From Pseudomonadota bacterium (GTDB taxonomy: Bacteria; Myxococcota; JACRCW01; JAFGSX01): a stretch of DNA of 64,000 bases. The notes below the pieces were generated by a model. It saw only the letters and a list, made by a program, of their open reading frames with translations. It was not told the origin of the DNA and did not search any database. Below are positions 39,870-49,068 of this stretch, in pieces. Within the stretch, counting starts at the first letter, position 1; every line of letters begins with the position of its first letter. The translations under genes were made by a program, and so were the position numbers. The stretch covers positions 96,001-160,000 of the forward strand of contig JBDRCO010000118.1 in the NCBI GenBank assembly GCA_043821645.1. The letters are read 5' to 3'.

Positions 39870-39960
39870 AACGCGTGGATAGCATCGAAAAGAAACGCCA
39901 TCAGGCGCCCGTGTCAGGTGTCAGGAACGATCGCGGTGCGGGGAGGCAGGTGCGAAGCGA

Positions 39961-40410
39961 TCAGTTCTTCTTGGCGTCAGCGCCATCACCCGGGGGCGGG
40001 GTGGCGGGCTTGGGGCTGCTGGTCAGGGTCTTGGGGGCCTGGCCGATGTTTTCCATGTGGCAGGATCCCTCGAACACCACGCCGCGATCGATGGTCAGCG
40101 ACGGCGTCGTGATGTTGCCGCGCAGCACGCCAGGCGCATGGATCTGCACCGCGCCCTTGGCGGTGACATTGCCCTCGATCTCGCCATTGAGCACCAGCGA
40201 GCCGACCTTGATCTCGGCCTTGACCTTGGCGCCATCGCCGACCACCAGCACATCGTCGGTCACGACCTCGCCGGAGAACTTGCCGTCGATGCGAACTGCA
40301 CCCTGAAAGGTCAACTTGCCGTCGAAGCTGGACTCGGGCCCGAGCACCGTGTGGGTCTGGCCGATCTGGATGTTGGGATCGCTGACGTCCTCTTTGCGCA
40401 TGATGGCCAT
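39961..40410 (-). CDS. Bactofilin (polymer-forming cytoskeletal protein), BacM-like by position
   Basis: Beta-helix pattern TVLG..SSFDGKLTFQGAVRIDGKFSGEV...LTIDRGVVFEGSCHM; AAAGGAG RBS; downstream of parB as in myxobacteria. Confidence 0.92.
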   Translation of the reverse strand: MAIMRKEDVSDPNIQIGQTHTVLGPESSFDGKLTFQGAVRIDGKFSGEVVTDDVLVVGDGAKVKAEIKVGSLVLNGEIEGNVTAKGAVQIHAPGVLRGNITTPSLTIDRGVVFEGSCHMENIGQAPKTLTSSPKPATPPPGDGADAKKN

Positions 40411-40677
40411 GAGATGCTCCTTTGTGGCGAGAGCTACGGGTGCAGCATTTAGGAGAAGCAGGCCCATGGTGTCAAGCGTCCACGCGCCGACGCCAGGTCC
40501 GCGCTGCGGGCGACGCGCTGGCGAAAGGCTCGCCCCCCCTTTTGCTCGGGCGGGCGCCTGTGCTAGCCTCGGGGCGTCACGCAAGAGAGAACGCTGTCGG
40601 GCAAGGCCACCGTCGCCACGGTTGGCCATCGCAGTGTGCTGGCGTCCCGGGGACGGCCAGCGCTGCCAGGGGTTGGG

Positions 40678-40902
40678 ATGTCCTCCAGCACCAAGAGTTC
40701 ACGACGCCGCAGCAGCCGCAAGAGCACCAGCTACCGCTATGACCTCCGGACCCTGGCCGAGCACGAGAAGGCGATCATCCGCGAGGCTCTCGATCGCCTC
40801 GACGGCAGCGTCTCGGACTGCGCCCGGGCCCTGGGGCTGGCCAAGTCGACCATGTACGAGAAGCTGTACGGCTATGGCTTGCGTCGTCGGAAAGAAGATT
40901 GA
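40678..40902 (+). CDS. Stand-alone Fis-type (HTH_8) DNA-binding protein, 74 aa
   Basis: TLAEHEKAIIREAL...GSVSDCARALGLAKSTMYEKL..YGL; Arg/Ser-rich N-terminus. Confidence 0.75.
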   Translation: MSSSTKSSRRRSSRKSTSYRYDLRTLAEHEKAIIREALDRLDGSVSDCARALGLAKSTMYEKLYGYGLRRRKED

Positions 40903-40905
40903 TGA

Positions 40906-40964
40906 GTTCGATTTTCGTACTGTGACGACGTAAAATACTGTCTACTTATTTCCTAAAATCGAAC
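40906..40964. terminator. AT-rich inverted repeat between convergent Fis-like and parB genes (possible bidirectional terminator or protein-binding site)
   Basis: Perfect 10-bp inverted repeat GTTCGATTTT (40906-40915) / AAAATCGAAC (40955-40964). Confidence 0.4.
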
Positions 40965-40975
40965 AACAGGACGAT

Positions 40976-41866
40976 TCATCGGCACATCAGTCCGAGCAGG
41001 CGATCCAGCTCGTCCAGCGAGCTGTAGGCGATCTCGATGCTGCCCGCGCCGCGGCCCTTTTCCTTGACCACCACCCGCGTGCCCAGGGCGCGCACCAGGC
41101 GATCGGTCAGGTCGCGCAGGGCCGGGCTCATGGTCGGGCTCACCGGAGCAGTGCGCGCTGCGGGGCTGCCGGCCTTGAACAGCTTGACCCGGCGCTCGAC
41201 GTCGCGCACCGACAACTTCTTGCGCACCACCTCGCGCGCCAGGCGCTCCATCGAGGCGGGGTCCTCGAGCGCAAGCAGGGCCCGCGCATGGCCCATGCCC
41301 AGTTCGCCCTCCTGCACCTGCTGGCGCACCGAGGCAGGCAGGCGCAGCAGGCGCATGGCGTTGGCCACGGTGGTCCTGTCCTTGCCAACGCGCTGGGCGA
41401 TGGCTTCCTGGGACAGCGAGCCATCCTCTGCCAGGCGGCGATAGGCCTCGGCCTCCTCGATGGGGTTGAGGTCCTCGCGCTGCAGGTTCTCGACCAGGGC
41501 GAGCAGCAAGCTGTCGTCGGCGCTGTCGTCGCGCACCACCGCCGGGATCTCGCGCAGCCCGGCGCGCTGGGCGGCTCTCCAGCGGCGCTCACCGGCGATG
41601 AGCACGTAGTCTTCACGCTCGCGGCGCACCACCACGGGCTGCAGCAAGCCATGCTCCTTGATCGAGCTGGCGAGCTCGGCCAGGCTGGCCTCGTCGAAGT
41701 ACTGGCGCGGTTGATCGTGCGAGGCGCGCACCTTCTCGATGGGCAGGCGCAGCAGACCGCCGCTCTCGATCACCCGGGTGCTGGTGCTGGGAGGCGCCGG
41801 GATCAGGGCGCTGAGGCCACGTCCCAGGGCTGGGCGGCGCGAACGGGAGCTGCTGTCGGTGACCAT
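40976..41866 (-). CDS. parB: Chromosome partitioning protein ParB
   Basis: LGRGLSALI, QPRQYF, GLLQPVVV, IAGERRWRAA and ENLQREDLNPIEEA. Confidence 0.98.
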   Translation of the reverse strand: MVTDSSSRSRRPALGRGLSALIPAPPSTSTRVIESGGLLRLPIEKVRASHDQPRQYFDEASLAELASSIKEHGLLQPVVVRREREDYVLIAGERRWRAAQRAGLREIPAVVRDDSADDSLLLALVENLQREDLNPIEEAEAYRRLAEDGSLSQEAIAQRVGKDRTTVANAMRLLRLPASVRQQVQEGELGMGHARALLALEDPASMERLAREVVRKKLSVRDVERRVKLFKAGSPAARTAPVSPTMSPALRDLTDRLVRALGTRVVVKEKGRGAGSIEIAYSSLDELDRLLGLMCR

Positions 41867-41960
41867 GGAAGTTTCCTTTCTAGCAAAGCCAGATATCCGC
41901 GAGTTCATGCCGGAGCGTCAGGTCTCGACCACGGGTCTGCGATACGGGTTGGGCCTGCCC

Positions 41961-42755
41961 TCAAGCAGCACTGGCCGCAGGAGGCGGCTCGGGCGCCAGC
42001 ATCTCCTCGGCCATCGCCAGGTAGCCCTGGGAGCCGCGCGAGGCCACGTCGTACAGGATGGCCGGGCGACCGTGACTGGGGGCCTCGGACAGGCGCACGT
42101 TGCGCGGGATGACGGTCTTGTAGACCAGGCTCGGAAAGTGCGAGCGCACCTCGCTCTCGACTTGCTGCGACAGGCTGGTGCGGCCGTCGAACATGGTGAG
42201 CAGGATGCCCAGCAGCTTGAGCTCGGGGTTGAGCGAACCGCGCACCAGGTCGATGGTGTGCAGCAGGTGGCCTAGCCCCTCGAGGGCGTAGTATTCAGCC
42301 TGCAGCGGAATGAGCACGGCATCGGCCGCGGTCAGGCTGTTGACCGTGAGCAAACCCAGGGAGGGCGGACAGTCGATGAGGATGGTGTCGTAGCGATCGT
42401 GAACCGTGGCGAGGGCGTTCTTGAGCCGTTGCTCGCGGGCAAAAGCGCTGACCAGCTCGATCTCGGCACCGATCAGGTCGGTGCTCGCGGGCACGAGGTC
42501 CAGACCAGGGACTTCGGTGTTGCGAATGACGGATTCGAGCGAGGCGGTGCCGATGAGCACGTGGTAGATGCTCTGCTCGACCTGGTCCTTGTACACGCCG
42601 TAGCCACTGGAGGCATTTCCCTGCGGGTCGAGGTCGATGACCAGCACGCGCTTACCTTTGCTGGCCAGCGAGGCACCCAGGTTGACCGCGGTGGTGGTCT
42701 TGCCAACTCCCCCTTTCTGATTAGAAATCGAAATGATCTTTGGAAGTTGGCTCAT
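41961..42755 (-). CDS. parA: Chromosome partitioning ATPase ParA/Soj
   Basis: NQKGGVGKTTT, DLDPQGNAS, IDCPPSLG, EYYALEG and IPRNVRLSEAPSHG. Confidence 0.98.
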   Translation of the reverse strand: MSQLPKIISISNQKGGVGKTTTAVNLGASLASKGKRVLVIDLDPQGNASSGYGVYKDQVEQSIYHVLIGTASLESVIRNTEVPGLDLVPASTDLIGAEIELVSAFAREQRLKNALATVHDRYDTILIDCPPSLGLLTVNSLTAADAVLIPLQAEYYALEGLGHLLHTIDLVRGSLNPELKLLGILLTMFDGRTSLSQQVESEVRSHFPSLVYKTVIPRNVRLSEAPSHGRPAILYDVASRGSQGYLAMAEEMLAPEPPPAASAA

Positions 42756-42901
42756 GATGGCCTCCCCGCGGGATGTGAATCACGAATCCAGGTGCGCTGC
42801 CATTCTATGAATCCATCAACACGCCGTGTAAAGCCAAATCTTCCCAGGATTCGCAGGCTCGGATTCTGAAACGATTTTTGTGAACTCAGGTCGAGGCAGG
42901 T

Positions 42902-43561
42902 TCAAGCAGAGGTACATGCTTTGGCGCAGTGTCGCGCGGCGCCATCCGGTGGGAGCGAATAGACAGTCACAGAAGGCCTGTGCATCCCCACGGCCTGCAC
43001 CAGCTCGGCCCACTGCTCCTGGCTTGGTACCTCGCGGCCCAGGTACGCCAGCAGCTGGCCTCCCACGGCGAGATGACGTCTGCTCGAGAGCGCGAGTTCG
43101 GGCCAGGGGAAGGTCGCTCGCGTCAGCACGAGCTCGGCCAGAACCGGCGTCACGCTCTCAACCCGGCCCGAGACCACATCCAGCTTCAGATGCGGCAGAT
43201 GTGAGCGCAGTGCGCGCAGGAAAGAACACTTCTTGGCCACGGATTCCACCAGCACGACCCTGGTGTCGGGCCACAGAGCGGCCGCAGCGACCCCAGGCAA
43301 GCCATTGCCACTGCCCAGGTCCGCCACCAGCGAGGGCGGCGACAAGTCCAGCAGGGGCAGCAAGGAATCCAGGTAGTGTACCGACGCAGCCTGAGCGGGG
43401 TCCACCACGCGCGTCAGGTTGTGGGTGCGGTTCCACTCGAGCATGAGGGCAAAGTGAGCGGACAGGTCGTGGACGAGGGCCTCGGGGAGTTCCGGCCTCA
43501 GCTCCTGCAGGGCTGTCGCCAGCGCTTGGGGGGTCGATGTTCCACGTGAAACAGTGCCCAT
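42902..43561 (-). CDS. rsmG: 16S rRNA m7G527 methyltransferase RsmG (GidB)
   Basis: WNRTHNLT, HYLDSL, DLGSGNGLPG, ESVAKKCSFL and TRA. Confidence 0.95.
   Translation of the reverse strand: MGTVSRGTSTPQALATALQELRPELPEALVHDLSAHFALMLEWNRTHNLTRVVDPAQAASVHYLDSLLPLLDLSPPSLVADLGSGNGLPGVAAAALWPDTRVVLVESVAKKCSFLRALRSHLPHLKLDVVSGRVESVTPVLAELVLTRATFPWPELALSSRRHLAVGGQLLAYLGREVPSQEQWAELVQAVGMHRPSVTVYSLPPDGAARHCAKACTSA
43538..43553. promoter_or_regulatory. parS centromere site
   Basis: TGTTCCACGTGAAACA matches the TGTTNCACGTGAAACA consensus; lies in the 5' end of rsmG upstream of parAB. Confidence 0.9.
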
Positions 43562-43582
43562 ATGATCACAAATCCTTAATAA

Positions 43583-44032
43583 TTAGAATAGTTTCTCGCT
43601 ATCCAGGAGGATCGTCACCGGGCCCTGGTTGACGCTTTCGACGTCCATCATGGCGCGAAAGCGGCCTGTCTCTACCCTTGGTACCACATGCCGGACCAGC
43701 CGCACGAAGTCCTCGATCAGGCTCTGTGCTTTCTCCGGTTCCAGAGCCTCGGTGAAGGACGGGCGCTTGCCGCGGCGGCAGTCGCCGAACAGGGTGAACT
43801 GGGACACCACCAGCAGCCCGCCGCCGGTGTCCACCACCGAGTGATTCATCTTGCCCTGCTCGTCTTCGAAGATGCGCAAGCCGGTGATCTTCTCGGCCAT
43901 CCACGCGGTGTCGCGCTCGGTGTCGCGCTGACCGGCCGCCAGCAGCACCAGCAAACCCTGATCGATGGCGCCCATGATCTCGCCGTCGACCCGGACCGAG
44001 GCCCGGCTGACTCTCTGCACCACGCTGCGCAT
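43583..44032 (-). CDS. dtd: D-aminoacyl-tRNA deacylase
   Basis: [26 protein letters not shown] and NQGPVT. Confidence 0.97.
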   Translation of the reverse strand: MRSVVQRVSRASVRVDGEIMGAIDQGLLVLLAAGQRDTERDTAWMAEKITGLRIFEDEQGKMNHSVVDTGGGLLVVSQFTLFGDCRRGKRPSFTEALEPEKAQSLIEDFVRLVRHVVPRVETGRFRAMMDVESVNQGPVTILLDSEKLF

Positions 44033-44257
44033 GCGAACTCCGGCTTTTGTCGCGCTCCAAGGACCGCTTTCGTCTCTCGCTGCACTCCTTGAAAGCAGGT
44101 CGTCTGCGCGCCGTCAATGGACGTGCAGCGCACCCGTGCAGAGCTGCAAAGGATGCGACGGCGTTCTCGTTGTCGTCGGGGCCACGAAGGATTCGCAGCG
44201 ACGGCGCAGGCAACCTGCTTGTGGATTCGGACGATACTTGCTAGCGTGTTCGAGACA

Positions 44258-44452
44258 TAGCCTGCAGGTGCCAGATGGATGGGTTGCCATCTGGTGAAAA
44301 GGGAAGCCGGTCCAAGTCCGGCGCGGTCCCGCCGCTGTAGGTGGAGAGCCTGTTCCGACACGCCACTCGCGCTCGTCGTGGGGAAGGCAGGAACAGGCAG
44401 GTCTGGCGGAAGCTGGGCCTGCTCCACAAGCCAGAAGACCTGCCCGCAGGAA
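44258..44452 (+). ncRNA. Cobalamin (B12) riboswitch
   Basis: AGGTGC..., AAAAGGGAAGCCGG...TCCGGCGCGGTCCCGCCGCTGT, GCCACT...GGGAAGG and the B12 box AGCCAGAAGACCTGCC; P1 CCTGC/GCAGG; precedes a TonB-dependent receptor gene. Confidence 0.95.
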
Positions 44453-44521
44453 GTGCCGCGACGTCGCAAGGGAAGACGCTGCGGACGCTAACTGCCTCTC
44501 CGCGAGAGAGAGGAAGGTTAG

Positions 44522-46564
44522 GTGGTGAAGAGCCGCCTGCACTCCATCTCTGCGGTGGCTGGATTCATCCTTGCCACCGTGGGGTTCGTGAGCACGCCCG
44601 TGCGGGTACTGGCGCAGGATGCGTCCGCGCCGAGTTCTGCGTCTTCGTCTTCGTCCACGGACCCGCCTGAAAAAAGCTTTGCGGACGACGAGCTGTCGGC
44701 CGAGGAATGGGCCGAGGTCGAGGCGGCCGAGGCCTACGTGGTCGAGGCCAGGGCGCCCGAATTGCCCGAGCCGGGTGTGCAGGTCGACCTCGAAGCCGAG
44801 TCTTACAGCCAGGACCTGGCGAGTAGCCTGGATGCCGCGCCCGGAGCGCGGGCGGTTCGCTCGGGGGGCTTGCTGGCGCCGGCGGAGCTGCGGGTGCGCG
44901 GGTTGGGTGGCTCGAGGCTGCGCATCGTGCTCGACGGTGTGCCGCTGGACGACCCGGCCGGTGGCCAGGTGGACCTGGCAGACCTGGACAGCGAGCTGCT
45001 CGAGCGGGCCACCTTGTTGCGCGGTCCAGAGGCCGGGACCCTGGCGCCCGGTGCCCTGGCCGGAGCCCTGGACCTGCGCACGGCGAGGCCAGCGGCAGGC
45101 TTTCACGCGCGCTTGCGCAGTGCCCTGGGCAGCGAGCAGACGGCCTTGCTGGCGAGCCGGGCGAGCTATGGTTTCGACAATGGCGCCGTGGGCCTGGCGC
45201 TCCGCCTTGGCAGCAGTGTTGGAGATTTCGGTTACAGATCGGTCAGTTTTGGCGGCGACTCGGCCCTGGTAGGGGACGCTCAGCAGCGCTTCAACAACGA
45301 TCAAAGGCGCGCCAGCGTCACCGCCACTGCGCAGTACGATCAGGAGCCGGTGAGTACCCGGCTGCTGGCGCAGGCCTCGCGCCACGAGGGTGGGCTGGCC
45401 GGGCTGAGCGGTCACCCCACGCCGCGCGCGCGCTTCGCGTCGGAGTCGCAGCTGCTGGGCTCGCGCAGTCTGCTGTTCACCTCCCTCGCCATGCTGTCGC
45501 TGGAGCTGTCGGGCCGGCTACGCCGCGAGCGCTACGCACAACCCGAGGGGCTGGCGCCGCTGGCCACGGACACGCGGCTGCAGAGTCTGCGCGCCCACCT
45601 GGCAGCGAGTCAGGAGCGGCTGCTGGGCTTCATCGACACCAGTCTGGCGCTGGAGTCGAGCTACGCCGCGGCGCAGGTTCGGTCCGGGGACAGAGCCTCG
45701 GGTGTGGGCGTGGCCAACAGCGAGGTGTTCACCGAGGCCGATCGCCTGAGCGGTGCAGGCTTGTGGCGCGGCAGGGCCAGCCTGCTCGACAAGCGCCTGG
45801 CCGTGGACCTGGGGCTGCGCGTGGACGCCCTGTCCGACCTCGGCGTGGAGCCCTCGGCCTCGATGCGGCTGTCCGCCGCGGTGGTCAAGGGGCTGGTGCT
45901 CGAGGGCTACGTGGGGCGGGCGTTCAGGCCACCTACTTTTCTGGAGCTGCACGGACCTCCCTCGGGCTACGTGCGCTCCAATCCCGAGCTCAGACCCGAG
46001 GACGGCATCGAAGGTGGGCTGGTGCTGCGGGGCCAGGGCCCGCGGTTGCACGCCGAGCTGGCGCTGTTCGGCGCACGCCTCGACAACACCATTGTGTATC
46101 TCAATCGCAATGCCTACGAGGTGCGGCCGGAGAACGCTGGTGCGCTGTGGCGCGGCGGCGGCGAGGGGGTGGTGGCGGTACAGGCCACGCCCTGGTGGAC
46201 CCACAGCGCCTCGGCGGAGCTGCTGCTCAGCCGGATGGATGTGACCGGGGCCGCGCTGCCGGCCACGCCGACCCTGGTGCTGCAGCAGCGCTCGGAGCTC
46301 AGGTTCGACGGACTGTGGCGACGGGTGCCGCTGCGCGCTTTTGCCGACCTGAGGGTGCACAGCGAGACCGCCAGCAACCTGCACGGTGAGCTGCGCGTGC
46401 CGGCGCAGGCGGCGATCGATGCCGGGGCCGCGTGGGTGGTGGCACCCTGGGGCTCGCTGTCGGTCGAGGTGCACAACCTGCTCGATACCCAGACGCGGGT
46501 GGACCTGCGGCAAGTGCCGCTGCCCGGGCGCCAGTTCCTGGTGACCCTGGTGCTGGGGGTGTGA
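44522..46564 (+). CDS. btuB: TonB-dependent cobalamin receptor
   Basis: Signal peptide; plug motifs LRVRG...VLDGVPL...LRGP; RPPTFLEL..NPELRPE and VHNLLD...PGR; B12 riboswitch upstream. Confidence 0.85.
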   Translation: MVKSRLHSISAVAGFILATVGFVSTPVRVLAQDASAPSSASSSSSTDPPEKSFADDELSAEEWAEVEAAEAYVVEARAPELPEPGVQVDLEAESYSQDLASSLDAAPGARAVRSGGLLAPAELRVRGLGGSRLRIVLDGVPLDDPAGGQVDLADLDSELLERATLLRGPEAGTLAPGALAGALDLRTARPAAGFHARLRSALGSEQTALLASRASYGFDNGAVGLALRLGSSVGDFGYRSVSFGGDSALVGDAQQRFNNDQRRASVTATAQYDQEPVSTRLLAQASRHEGGLAGLSGHPTPRARFASESQLLGSRSLLFTSLAMLSLELSGRLRRERYAQPEGLAPLATDTRLQSLRAHLAASQERLLGFIDTSLALESSYAAAQVRSGDRASGVGVANSEVFTEADRLSGAGLWRGRASLLDKRLAVDLGLRVDALSDLGVEPSASMRLSAAVVKGLVLEGYVGRAFRPPTFLELHGPPSGYVRSNPELRPEDGIEGGLVLRGQGPRLHAELALFGARLDNTIVYLNRNAYEVRPENAGALWRGGGEGVVAVQATPWWTHSASAELLLSRMDVTGAALPATPTLVLQQRSELRFDGLWRRVPLRAFADLRVHSETASNLHGELRVPAQAAIDAGAAWVVAPWGSLSVEVHNLLDTQTRVDLRQVPLPGRQFLVTLVLGV

Positions 46565-46565
46565 G

Positions 46566-48158
46566 GTGACAGCGATGCCAGGGCAATGCAACAGGTCGAA
46601 GATGGGGCTCGCACCGCTCGTGCTGGCGCTCGCGCTGGGCCGCTGCGAGTGCCCGCAGGTCCCCGAGCCACCACCGGGGATACCCGACGGGCCGGTGAGC
46701 TGGTCCTATATTGCGGTGGGGGCGGACGGTGCACAGGGGCGGGCGCGCGGCTTTGATGGCGCGGTACCGGTGGGTGCGAGCATCGAGGTGCTGGATGGCG
46801 CCGAGCTGCTCGGGGTCGCAAGTCCTGACTCAAGAGGTCGTTTTGATTTAGCTTTCAGACCACCCGAGGCGGCCAAAGTGACGCTGCGGGTGACCCTGGC
46901 CGAGGCTGAGGCCGAGCCGCTGAGCCTGGAGTTTCCGCTCAAGGATATGCAGCAGGCGCTGGACGCGGCGGTGAATCCGCGCCTCGGGGCGACCGGCTCC
47001 ATGCCCAATCACCTGGCCCTGGTGCCAGCCCTGGCGAGCGCCGACGACGTGCCTGTGCTCATCGTCAACAGCGGCGACAACAACGTGGACAACCTGGGTC
47101 TGAGCAGCGGCCGCCGGCTACTGCAGCCGCTGAGCTTGCCCGCGCAATCCGGCAGTGGGGGCCCCCGGCCGGCCCAGCCCTACGCCGTGGCGGTGCTCGA
47201 TCAGCGGGCCGCGGTGACGCGCTTCGGGCAATCGGCGGTCACCCTGTTCAACGCCGCCACCGGTGCGGTGCTGGCCGAGATACAGGAGACCCAGGCGGTG
47301 GCGCTGCCGCAGCCTTTCACCCCGGCCACGCCGGTCGATGCCGATGGCGATGGCACGCCCGAAAGCGTGGTCACGGCCATCCTGCCGCGCGGCTTCGAGG
47401 GCCTGGCCTTTGCGGGCAGCCGCCTGTTCGTGGCCGCGGCCAACGTGCTGCGCACCACCGCGCCGGTGGTCTACGCGCCGGGCCTGCTGCTGGCTTACGA
47501 GGTGGGCGCGACCAGCCTGAGCCGGCCTGCGGCGCCGCGGGTGTTCACGGCGTTTGAAAACCCGCAGTTCGTGCTCGGCCTCGGCGATGCGGTGGCGGTG
47601 GTGGAGAGCGGCGTGCTCGAGCAGACCGCCCAGGGCTGGCAGGCCACCCGCGATGGCGGGGTGGAGCTGTTCGACGCGGCGACCCTGCAGCGGCGCTGGC
47701 AAGCCAATCTGGGTCGGCTGGCTCCGGGCGCCGTGGCGCTCTCGCCCGACGGTCAGAGCCTGTACGTGTCGAGCATGCTCAAGCCCGAGATCTACAAGCT
47801 CGATGTGGCCAGCGGCCAGATCCTGCGCGGCGCCAGCGATCCCATCCGGCTGTTCTCGGCGAGCGAGGTGCAGTCGCTGTTCGGCCTCGAGGCGCATCCC
47901 ATGGGGCTGCTGTTCGCCACCTGCTTCAACAGCGACCAGGTCTTTGTCGTCGATACCGCAAACGACAGCGTGTCGCCCTGGCCCTTTGTCAAACCGCTGC
48001 AGGTGGGCGAGGGCGGCCAGGCCTTTGCCGGGGCCCAGGCCCTGGCGCTGCGCCCCGGGCGCAACGGAGTGGACTTCAGGGGTGCCGACCTGGCGGTGCT
48101 GCTCAACCTGGCTGCGCGCGTGGCGACGGTGGACACGCGCTTTGTGATGGGGCCGTGA
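46566..48158 (+). CDS. Lipoprotein with an Ig-like N-domain and a YncE/BtuG-like beta-propeller
   Basis: LALG-RC lipobox-like signal; propeller repeats (PNHLAL, VALSPDGQSLYVS, DQVFVVDT); DADGDG loop; directly after btuB. Confidence 0.7.
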   Translation: MTAMPGQCNRSKMGLAPLVLALALGRCECPQVPEPPPGIPDGPVSWSYIAVGADGAQGRARGFDGAVPVGASIEVLDGAELLGVASPDSRGRFDLAFRPPEAAKVTLRVTLAEAEAEPLSLEFPLKDMQQALDAAVNPRLGATGSMPNHLALVPALASADDVPVLIVNSGDNNVDNLGLSSGRRLLQPLSLPAQSGSGGPRPAQPYAVAVLDQRAAVTRFGQSAVTLFNAATGAVLAEIQETQAVALPQPFTPATPVDADGDGTPESVVTAILPRGFEGLAFAGSRLFVAAANVLRTTAPVVYAPGLLLAYEVGATSLSRPAAPRVFTAFENPQFVLGLGDAVAVVESGVLEQTAQGWQATRDGGVELFDAATLQRRWQANLGRLAPGAVALSPDGQSLYVSSMLKPEIYKLDVASGQILRGASDPIRLFSASEVQSLFGLEAHPMGLLFATCFNSDQVFVVDTANDSVSPWPFVKPLQVGEGGQAFAGAQALALRPGRNGVDFRGADLAVLLNLAARVATVDTRFVMGP

Positions 48159-48216
48159 CGACGGGAAACAGGGTGTCTCTGCGCACGCTTCACGAGTAAA
48201 AAAGGAGAAGGGGACC

Positions 48217-49068
48217 ATGAAGATCCAGAGCTGTGGGACGATGGTGGTGGCGCTGGCAGTGGCCATGACGACGGGCTGTCCGACCGATCTGTGCGGCGAC
48301 AAGAGCTGCGGTGATCATGGAAGCTGCGACGCGGAGACCGGGGAGTGCGCCTGCGACACACAATGGACTGGCGCGCTGTGCGACACCGAGGAGCCGCTCG
48401 AGATCATCGGCAGCTACGTCGACGACTGGGGCTTTGATCACGAGATCACCCAGGCCAGCTGGGTGAACATGGGCTCGACCTTTCATACCTCGCAGTACTC
48501 CAATGCCGAGGACTGGCTGGTGGCGCACAACGATGCCGCCAACACCTACAACCCCGACCTGTGGAGCCGCTTCGACTGGACCCACAGCAGCGGTCAGCTC
48601 TACTACTGCCAGAGCGCCTTCGACGCTGCCAGCGAACAGGCCGCGCTCGCCGTCACCCCGGCCAACAGCGGCGACCTCAGCACGGGCTGTGGCGGCTACG
48701 CCTGGTCCACCCTCAGCGAGCCTCTGGCCATTCGCGGCACCTACGTCGACGACTACACCCTGGTGCACGAGATCAGCCAGACCGCCTGGGTCATGCCCGG
48801 CTCGCCCTCGGACAGCGTGTTTCACATCAGCCAGTTCTCCAATGCCGGCGAGTTCGTGATCGCCCACAACGATGCCGCCAACCCCTACAGTGCAGACTTG
48901 TGGAGCCGCTTCGACTGGACCCACGACAGCGCCAGCGACCTGTACTACTGCCAGATCGTGTATGAGGCGGCCGACGAGAACGCGGCTCTGGCCGCCAGCG
49001 GTGCCAACCGCAGCGACCTGAGCACCGGCTGCAACAACTTCAGCTGGTCCAAGTTGACCCCGCAGTGA
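48217..49068 (+). CDS. Lipoprotein: EGF-like domain + two ~110-aa tandem repeats of unknown family
   Basis: MTTG-C; CGDHGSCDAETGECACDTQWTGALC; repeats start at 48391 and 48718 (DLWSRFDWTH...LYYCQ...DLSTGC); AAGGAG RBS. Confidence 0.8.
   Translation: MKIQSCGTMVVALAVAMTTGCPTDLCGDKSCGDHGSCDAETGECACDTQWTGALCDTEEPLEIIGSYVDDWGFDHEITQASWVNMGSTFHTSQYSNAEDWLVAHNDAANTYNPDLWSRFDWTHSSGQLYYCQSAFDAASEQAALAVTPANSGDLSTGCGGYAWSTLSEPLAIRGTYVDDYTLVHEISQTAWVMPGSPSDSVFHISQFSNAGEFVIAHNDAANPYSADLWSRFDWTHDSASDLYYCQIVYEAADENAALAASGANRSDLSTGCNNFSWSKLTPQ

Noticed and set aside
44114-45415. 433-aa minus-strand ORF over the riboswitch and btuB
   Set aside because: Overlaps a well-supported riboswitch and btuB; no recognisable protein features.
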